From positions 1-41,324 of the forward strand of contig DF237662.1 in assembly GCA_000708835.1 (NCBI GenBank): a DNA stretch of 41,324 bases. Reading direction: 5' to 3'. The stretch comes from Klebsormidium nitens (taxonomy: Eukaryota; Plantae; Klebsormidiophyceae). Of the stretch, positions 32,701 to 41,324 are shown piece by piece; within the stretch, counting starts at the first letter, position 1, and every line of letters begins with the position of its first letter. The notes under the pieces are model-generated. The model worked only from the letters and a program-made list of their open reading frames with translations, ran no database searches and was not told the DNA's origin. A program made the translations under genes and the position numbers.

Positions 32701-35700
32701 GGCATCAGAGGCAGTGGTTTTCCGTGCTTATGCCTGCCCCTTGTAAAGCAGGCGCAGTCAATAACACTTGATGCGGTTTTGAGAAACGCCAAGAGAGCAG
32801 GTTCGCGGCATGTTCTTGCCTATGAAGCCTTCGACTGCAGACTATAGAGAGTCGACTCTGCAGACACAAAGCAGGTCGGACTCTCTGTCTGCTGAGTTAA
32901 GAACGCTGTCAGCCATCATCCTGGACAATTTTCATACGAAAGCGGACACTCTTTCGCAGATACCGCCGATGAGAAGCCGAGTCAGCCGTTCCGCCCTCCT
33001 GGCGGGGGGCCCGGTCCAGGGGGAAATGGAGGGGGCGGAAACGGGGGAAACCCGTCCGATCCGCCTGAACCTTCCGGGCATCGTGTGGCGGACCCATCCG
33101 GAGAGCCTTCGTCGAGCGGAAGCGAAGAAAGGGAGCTCAACTTCTTGGGTACGACTTCTTTGATCGTCGTGCTTTTCAAAGAGGTTTGCAATGGCTTTGG
33201 CTCCCGAAATTCTGCATGATTATACCTCAAGTACGATGTAGGTCAGAACCCTTGCGGCATGCGGGCACTTCAGAAGGTTGCGGATGATGACTGCAGTAGT
33301 TCCTAGAAGTATCTAGCTACCACAAGTTCCCAGCCCTGCTTGCCGTCAATCATTGCCTCATCCCTTGGTTAAGAGCAACTACTTAAACTTCCTCCTCTGC
33401 TTGATTCTTGTACAGAGGCCGTCTTCGCTTTCGTCTTTGGGAGGGGCGATGTGAACGCGGACCTCGAAGCGCGCAGGTGGAGAGCCATCGGTAAGTTTGG
33501 CGATCTGGCCGGTTACAACACGCCAGGGCCAGCCTGTTCTTGACGCGGGATATTCTTCAGAGCGTCGAGCGCCGCTTTCAAGGAGCGGCGCTTCAATTCC
33601 GAGCGTGAACGAGTCTTATAACAAGGTCAAGCGTAGTGGTTCTTTCCACTCAGCGATGTTTTCATTCAGAGATCAGGCAGGCCTCCCCCTGCTACATCAC
33701 TCCTACATCACTGGTTCTTGAGATTTTCGTGACCTTTGCCTGTCGTCCTCTCGTCCCAGAGGGCTGCTTCTGTTTCTGAGATGCAAAGGGCACGTCCTGG
33801 GCTGTCCCTGTAGCACGGCCGCTCGTCTTTCCTTTGGCGTTGGTTAGTCTGGTCGGTTAACAACGGGAACTCAAGTCTCTCATTTTGCCTGTGTAGGCTT
33901 GCTTCTCCGCCAAAACCAGGGCGCTGTCTACGCTGAGCAAGTGGCGCCGTTTCTGGACACGTGGCTGCTCGGGAGTGGCAGCAGGCCACTCGCGTGGTTT
34001 GAGAGAGTGTGGAAATGGGTGCTGCAGAGGAGGCGGCGGGAAGACGGGGCAAGGGATGCCGCACAGATGCACGAAGGGTGGGTCGCTTTCATTCCGAAAG
34101 TGCACTTTCGTTCCTGATGTCAAGTCCATTGGATACTGTCACGACAAATGACACGGAAGCTTTCTTTTGAGGATAAACGAAGCCTATCGGACAGAACTAC
34201 GAAAACTGCGTGCATCTCAGGTTTTTGGGGGCACGACTTCCAAAGAAATTGCCCGGCAAACTGCCTCCAGGGACATTTTAGAACACACGAAGTTTTCGAA
34301 CGCAGTTTGAATCTCATTGACGTCAGCTGTACTTATCTGAATTCAACTTATTTGACGTCCCTCTGGTTCCCGGAATGATGTCGTACACTCTTGGAAATGG
34401 CAAGGGTATTTAGAGTTCCAGCAGAAGTTGGCTCACCGTTTCTGACCCCATTCTTTTTAGAGTGCAGGTGCATGCTGCCGGTGCGGAGCCGCTTTTGGGG
34501 CCAAATAGAGGGCGTTTGTCTGGGAAACCCCCTTTCTAAATCTCAGGAAAGATGTCGTACATCATTGAAAGGCGAAGACACTTGACTTTCAGCTGACGTC
34601 AGCTTAACTCATCACTCGTCACCTCCGCTGATTGCAGGTACATGCTGCCGGTGCTAAGCCGTTTCGGGGGCCACGCAGAGGCGAACGACGAGGGGCGTCT
34701 GGTGTACGTCTTCCCGCACCTGCAGGTGTCTGCGATGGCCGCGCCGGACGAGCCCAGCACCAGGTACGGACGTCCGAAGTTTTAGCGGTTAAGTGACGGG
34801 GTTATGGCGGGGTTTGACCTGGTTGTGGGAAGTTTGGGGCATGTCTTTTAGCACATTCGCGTGTCCACAACGGCCGCGCTGGACGAGGCCAGCACAAGGT
34901 ACGGACGTCCGAAACCGCTTTTAGGGCTTGATGTGCATCGACGGCGGGTTGTATGAGTAGGATGAGGTGGATTGGTTTCATGCCTGCGGGGATTGCGGAC
35001 GGCCGTGCCAGACGAGCCCAATACCAGGTACGGACGTCCGAAGCGTTCTGGGTCATGTGACGGGTCTTACGGCGGAATTCGCCAAAACAGTGGAGAAATT
35101 TGGGGCGCCTGGTTGTTCAAGACCGTCGGCGCTTGCTGTATGTTTCCGGGCACCGCATGGGTTTGCTATGGGTGCGCCGGAGGAGCCCAGCACCAGATAT
35201 CGATGTCCAAATTGTCAGGAATCTCGTTGTTCCTTAACACTGAACTATCTACTGGTTAAGGTGGAGGTACGGTCTATGTCTCTTTGCACCTGCACTTTGT
35301 TGGCGTGGCTGCACTGAATGGGCTTAGCTCCAGCTGGTGTTTGGGACGCACCAGGGATCGAGACCGACTCGTCGGTTGCTGTGCTTTGAAACGTCGCCAG
35401 TGCGTTTGTCCTACTCAGAAGGGGCATCCCCCAACGTGTCTTTTCGGTACTCAAATCAGTGTGGTTGCATTTCCGGCATGACTTTCTTAAGCGACCGTCG
35501 GAGCGGATCCTCAGCTAATTGGTCGCCCGGGGGGACCCGTGCGCCTGCGCCCTCGCTTTTTTCCGATCAGGCCCGTGGACGGACCTTCGAGTGCAAAATG
35601 GCTGTTGCGGATTGCAGCGCTCTCTGATCGGCGTTTGAAGCCGTTCCTTGTCTGAAGCTTCTATGCTCTGCATCGTCTCAGTGGTCACCAATTGGTGCTT

Positions 35701-37326
35701 TCGAAAGCTTGACGCACAGACGACTGCTCCCGATCAGTGTCTGGTTTCCTTGCCAAATCGCGCGTGCCTGTTCTTTTGCCAGCTCGTAAAGTCGTGCAGC
35801 CGTGGCTATCCAATTCCTCTTTTTTTATTTTCATTTCTATGATCTGCTATTCAGGGGTTATTACGATCGCCGCTGATCGTGCAGCCGGCGTCTCTCCTGG
35901 ACCCCAGGCTGATCAACAAGGAAGTAACGTTTGCTCTTGTTTCTTTTTGCAGCAGCACACCAGTCGCGTCTCCTGCCTTCGTCCCCCCTCCCATCCCGCC
36001 CCCCATCTACGAAAAGCTGAAGCCGCTGAGCGACGGAGGCAGCAAACAGCCGCAGGTTATCGCTCTCGGCTTCTTAAACGGTAAGCAGTGAGCTAAACCC
36101 CTTGTAGCAAACAGGTTGTGGCATCCCCAGTCCTAACCAGTAAAGATAAACAACGTTGAAATGGTGAAGCTTGGACGCTTTTGCCTCTGCGGTCATCCTG
36201 CAACTTATCAAATGGTCCTTTTCGCTTGATACGACATGCAACAATAAAGCTCGTCGATTCTTTGCCCATCCAACATGCGCTATCATGCAGGAGCTGCGGA
36301 TCCTGCTGCATACTTAACTGGGCGTTTGTGTCTCAGTTTGCAGTGCGGATTCTCATCCGATTTGCTACCGTTCGATTCCAGTGCGGACAATCTATCAGTG
36401 CAATCCTTAGCTTGAGACTCCGCTCCTTGTAAATGTGCCCCGCGTTTAAGAACTTAAAGAGAAGCCGGTGAAAAACAATGGGTCCAGGAAAGAACCGGCT
36501 TCTGATCCAAATCGCAAGAATGCTCCCGATCCGGCTTTCCAATCGTAGTTCTTCAGTCCGTGTGCGTAGTCATTCTGCTCCTCGTCTTCCGGCGCATTGG
36601 GGGCCTGAAAATCGGCAAAGGCGGCGATATCGAGATTGTCGACGGGCGAACGGACCTCCTCGTAGCGCTCCTTGCGTGGGTGCCCCGTTTGTTGGCGAGG
36701 GTTTTCGTGCCCTTGCTTCTGTATGCGGTGGCGTTCTTTCTGGTGAGTTATCACGCCTTGCGCATGCATGCACTTAGCTTCGAGATATCCGCTGAAGTGT
36801 TTGGATTGTTGCTCAGACGAAAGGTTTGGTAAACTTTGCAGGTAATGTGCACCGGGGTTTGCCTTGATAAGTTGGCGCTTTTGAGTCGCTTGAAGGGGGT
36901 CGTCTGGCATCTGCTTTTGTAGAACAGAGCGCTGTGACTAAGGTGCACCTTTCTGTTTGCGTGTGCACCCACTCCCCCTGTTCTGAGGCACCCACTTCGC
37001 AGCTTTAGATATGCTGGCCTTTGTTGTTCGCTCTTTGTCTTGTGTTCCAGGCTCTAGTTGGTAATGTCAATCCAAGAAGCACCCATTGATACAAACGATT
37101 AGCTTTTATCGTAGGCGTCCATGTAATCTCGATCCTTCCGATTCCGTTCTTGCAGATACCCGCATTCAGGTATGTGATGCATCGGTACCAGAATTCTCAA
37201 ATAGAGCTTCGTAATGGAGAGCGACGATCACGAGCCCTCGAAGCTGTCCGTTTGGCATTAGCTGCAGCTGAAGACAAAGCGGCACAGGCCAAGCACCATC
37301 AGGCACTGACGATCATCACAAGCTGA
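29769..37326 (+). CDS. At5g03900-like conserved plant/cyanobacterial membrane protein, 12 exons, about 565 aa
   Basis: join(29769-29897,30670-30780,31366-31563,32016-32154,32467-32544,32960-33148,33416-33490,33897-34077,34638-34763,35953-36080,36570-36742,37156-37326). All 11 introns are GT-AG and phases are consistent. Motifs: RFTLGDV, VVYIFPR, IAFGVFLFASI, LNFLEAVFAFVFGRGDVN...RWRAIG, GAVYAEQVAPFLD, YMLPVLSRFGG..EGRLVYVFPHLQ, NSQIELRN. An alternative start is ATG 29814. Confidence 0.85.
31275..31320. repeat. Perfect 23-bp tandem duplication in an intron
   Basis: AGTTTCATCCCCTGAAAAGATCG occurs twice in tandem. Confidence 0.95.
34735..35365 (+). repeat. Tandem 130-170 bp diverged copies of the donor junction of exon 34638-34763
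   Basis: GACGAGCCCAGCACCAG|GTACGGACGTCCGAA has GT at 34764 (real), 34899 and 35028, an AT variant at 35197 and a weak copy near 35355. Confidence 0.92.
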
Positions 37327-39739
37327 CAAGAGAAGAATAACAAGGTAACAAATGTCCAGCATTGGGAACTGTTCAGCATTGCCTCGACAGCATATCAATC
37401 TTTCTTATGATTGAAGGGGGATGCATATTAGGCTTGACGCCACTTGCAAGTCTGGACATAGGGGCAATATGAAGATTGCTATTTACGTGCTTCATTCCAT
37501 CTCCATATGTCACGTATCCAAGACCCATGGCCAAACGGGAGCCAGTTTACCATGATATGCAGCGGAAGTTGAGCAAGTCGACTTGTTTGCTGTGAGAACC
37601 CTATATAGGCATGCTGAGTGTGCACGTCGAAATACGCACATGCGCCGTGGCCACCATCTAATTTAGAACAACACTGGAGTTATAAGTTGAAGTCTCATGT
37701 GATGTCGGTCATATATCGCCTAGCTTGCATGGTCGGCAGGCTTTGATCAAAGGATGATGTAAGAACAGCTTGCGACCGAGGACCCATGCTTAAGCGCAAC
37801 GGCTTCAATCTGCTCGAGAATCCCGAGCACGGGGCATGCAATCGCTTTACATGCACTCAACCAAGTCAACAAGCTACTAAAGCTGCAGTGCCAACATCGT
37901 AAAGACGGTCACTTCTGACTGACCTGAAACAGGGGATCGAGCTGCTTTACTAAGTGAGGCAGTCCCCGGTACTACCTACCGGTATAGCCTATAGGACTCA
38001 CTTGCCTCTTCGCGAAGCTAGCGGATCGACTCATCTCGACCTGACCGTAGAATGTGATCGATCGGACGGTATACGGGTCATCATCTGACGTGGGTGGCAG
38101 GGTCACGGTACCCCGCGAGCCTCGGCCCTCGACTCAGGGGCCCCGCGTGCTCTCCAAGCGGCATTCCAACGACTCCTAGTCAGACACAGGCCGGGAGCCT
38201 GACGGCCTTGATTCCCGCCTTTCTAAACGAGCTTCTGTCGATCTTGGTTTAGATGCCACTGCCAGGGATCGTCGAGCCGCTAGCCGCCTGAATCGATCGG
38301 ATTTCTGGACTACTAATGGATTTGATTCTCAGATTATTTAAACTTCATTGATTGATTATTTATTGTGGGAGCTTACCAAACGGTGTACCGGCCAAGATCC
38401 TGTTTGACCGGTCGCAGAGCCTGGGCCACTGCCAGTCAAAAACTCTGCTTATCGGACAATCGGGACCTTCCACTAGCTGGTCCTGGAAGAAGCTTCGGGC
38501 GTCTCAATTTCGGATATGACGGATCGAATTTCCAGATATGGAAACCCTTGCAATATCTGGTGAATTGATTCAAGATTGATGTCTCTCGCGATACGCCGTC
38601 TGCGTTTCATCCAGCCTATAAACCTTGGGTTAAAACGTCCGTATGGAACCGTAATCTTAAATGTTGTGCGCGCAGGCCGGGCGGACCGTCAACAAATCAA
38701 AACTGCCGGGTTTAAGACCGTCTGCTTACGCTGACAGTGAATCTGACAACGTCATGTGCTGTACACGTCACTTGCACGGGCGAATCGCTTTCCTCGGTAG
38801 ACGGCGGACGCCCGTCCGCTCCTGAAGCTTCAAGAATCAAAATCCCCCGTGCAGATCTAGCACATGGGTCGCCGCCAGCAAGATCTGCGGCTTCGCAATT
38901 GGATAGGCTGGCCGCTGGCAGACCGAGCGGCGAAGCCACCGCAGTGCGCACTGCGCACTGCGCACCAATCCGAAAGAGAAATTCTCAGTGTACCAGGCCA
39001 GGTACCGTCATAACCTGGGCAGTGTGTACGGTACACCTAGCGGTACAGCGATACTCAGGAACTTTACTCCAGCTAACTCTGCTCCAGCTAACTCCTGGCC
39101 GATTCGACGAGCCAGCGTGGCAAAATCTTACAATCCCCCGGGCAGGGGTTGCACCGAGTAGCTCATACCGAGCATCGTAAAGTCAGCTCACCGAGTGCTC
39201 CTGTCGCCGATGAGTCAGATGGGTTACAGGCTTGGTTAGGGAACTCCCTAGAAAGCAGCGGCCGGTCTAGAATCTATCAATTCGGAACATGGACTCATCC
39301 AGTTTGATTACTAACCATGTATCCAATTATGTGAAATCATCCGAGCCTCAATGCCTCATCCGAGTGGGTCTTGCTCGTGCTCGAGCCTTGGGGTCTTCCA
39401 TTTCATCCCCGGTGATTTGGAGACTCCCCGGTTCAAAGAGTTGGGACCTGGGCAGGGGGAACTCAACTGGGCGGTGGCAAAGGCCGAGGTAGGACTGCTC
39501 GGCAACAGGTAGGGTACCCCGATACCCTGTGAAACACTGCAACGCAAGTCAGGCTAGCTTGTTGGACACCGGAAGAGTGGCACGGTTGGTCCGGCTGGGC
39601 TTATGTCTGGCCCGGCAACTACACCTAATTCCGCCAGCCGACGACAGATCCAATCGCGAGGAAGTGTAATGCCACTCTGGCCTACTTCTGTCCACGTCGG
39701 ACATATGGAATCGGGCCGGAATTAGCTGGATCGCTCTTA

Positions 39740-41324
39740 CCTGGAGTAAAGTTCCTGAATATGTACAGCGTACCGGGCCGGGTGCGGTATCGGATTCCCG
39801 AACCGTTCCTCAGTGGAACTCAAGTCAGTGCGCAAGGGGCCGGGAGGGCACACTGTCGATGTACGGTAGAGTCCAGAGCAGTGACACTGCAAGTTCTACC
39901 CGGTACCGTAGTAGCACGACCATTTCACACCACATTGTTTTATGAACAAATACTACGTCACGTTACTCACGTATCTCATTTTAATTTTTGACCCCGGCTT
40001 TGAGGGGCCCGAGAAACATAAATGTTGGGGTGTGAAAAGGTCGTGAGACTACGGTACCTACTACGGTAAACTAGTACCTAGGTACTCATTTGTGTACGGT
40101 ACGGTACCTAGTAGCGTATGTCCCGTTGCTCATTTTTCGGTGCACACGTCATAATACCTGTGACGCAATCTCAACAGTTGCTGTGCACTTTCTGTGACTC
40201 GACAGACCGTTAGACGGCGTTACCAACGGTAGTACGGCGTAACGGTGCAGTATCTAGCTTACACCGAGAAGAGCAGCCGGTGGACAGTCCACAAAGTAAA
40301 AAACGATGAACAGGGGGTTCGGTGTGCTTTCAATGGACCCCAACCTTTGGCCCCCTATTTAATGAATCCAGTGCCCCGGCCATATAGATATGTTCACATA
40401 ATTAACCGGGCAAATAAAAGGAAAACGCGCCATTGGCCAAACTCCAGTTCAGCAAGTTCAACTGTAATTAACCATAAAGTTTACGGCATATAAGGTACGG
40501 AAACTCATCAACCTACGGTAGCAGGGGTTCTGGCGGGGCGCCAAACGGGGCGCAGAGCGCCCCGGGGCAAATAATGGCGCCCCCGGGCGGAAGCCCGGGG
40601 CGCCAGAGCGCCCTGGGCCGCAGGCCCCGCCTACTTTCGGAAAGTCAGATCCAGGCCGCCTCAACCGGGAACTCTGAAATGATCTCTAAGTACAGCGTAT
40701 CAGAGCATTGCCTGCACATATAATCAGGACACAATGAAGCCCATATAGTTCCACGATTTGGGGATAAGCACTCACAATTGACTGAAAACGCGACGGACTC
40801 CAAGTCGAGCCCTCTAAACATACCGTACAGGTAGCCAAGTCTCATGCTTTAACCATTCATCTGCAAAAAACTGCTTCAATAAGAGCAATTGTTCCTGTAG
40901 TAGGTACTATACCTGCTTTGGATAGGGGGGCACGGATTTTTTGACTTTGTGCCCACTGCCGACTGCTTGTACCGAACACAAAAGCCCAGGACCGGTATGC
41001 ACGAATTCGGCTCGGTTAAACACAGCTTTCGCCGGAATACCCATTGCACCGGGTGCTGGCGCCCGGGCTTGGGCGCCCCAGGGAAGCTGGTCGGCGTCCC
41101 GGGGCGAAGCCCAGGGGCGCCACAGCACCTCCGGGCAAAATCCTGCTAGAACCCCTGTACGGTAGGTATGTACGGTAGTTGCTACCGATATTCTGTAACC
41201 GTACCAATACCGTCACGGTACGGTCCAAGTACCAAGTAGGTAGGTCCCTGCGGACCCTGCCTGTACCGAGGGTTAGGTAGGTAGTACCGTAGGTACCCGG
41301 TAGTAGTACGGCACAGCCTAGGTA
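39740..41324. repeat. GTAC/TACGGTA-rich low-complexity intergenic tract hosting the hAT element
   Basis: GGTAC, TACGGTA and TACCGTA motifs are dense. TACCGTAGGTACCC at 41285-41298 is identical to 523-536. Confidence 0.55.
40522..41157. mobile_element. Non-autonomous hAT-type DNA transposon (MITE-like), 636 bp
   Basis: The left end CAGGGGTTCTGGCGGG and the reverse complement of the right end CAGGGGTTCTAGCAGG match 10/10, then 14/16. An identical 8-bp flank TACGGTAG sits at 40514-40521 and 41158-41165. Both ends carry GC-rich subterminal GGCGCC/CCCGGG motifs. An 8-bp TSD with a CAGGG start is typical of hAT elements. Confidence 0.85.

Noticed and set aside
38940-38965. 16-bp perfect palindrome CGCAGTGCGCACTGCG and a 15-bp period repeat at 39067-39094
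   Set aside because: They are isolated and short, with no supporting context for a function.
37400-39700. Autonomous transposon or LTR element
   Set aside because: No RT, integrase or transposase motifs, primer-binding site or paired LTRs were found.

Overview
This is eukaryotic nuclear DNA with many GT-AG introns. The gene set (plant-type TrpA, plant ATP synthase subunit f, an At5g03900-like gene) and intron sizes point to a streptophyte, plausibly a charophyte alga such as Klebsormidium (inference). Most ORF-track entries are exon fragments or antisense shadows. I rebuilt six spliced gene models by hand, with phases checked at each junction: gamma-glutamyl transpeptidase (minus, 2562-10676, probably extending to 11807), ATP synthase subunit f (12964-13835), a two-TM Cys-loop membrane protein (minus, 15606-19475), tryptophan synthase alpha (19997-24796), a GT90 glycosyltransferase (minus, 25997-28307) and an At5g03900-like membrane protein (29769-37326). 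Both window ends are gene-free GTAC-rich tracts, and the right one holds a 636-bp non-autonomous hAT element with TIRs and an 8-bp TSD. The most striking signal is that several introns are partly built from tandem, decaying 120-250 bp copies of the adjacent exon/intron junction ('splice-junction echoes'). These occur on both acceptor and donor sides and in two unrelated genes, and many copies keep intact AG or GT sites. No CRISPR array, tRNA or rRNA was recognised. All family assignments come from recalled motifs; no database search was run.
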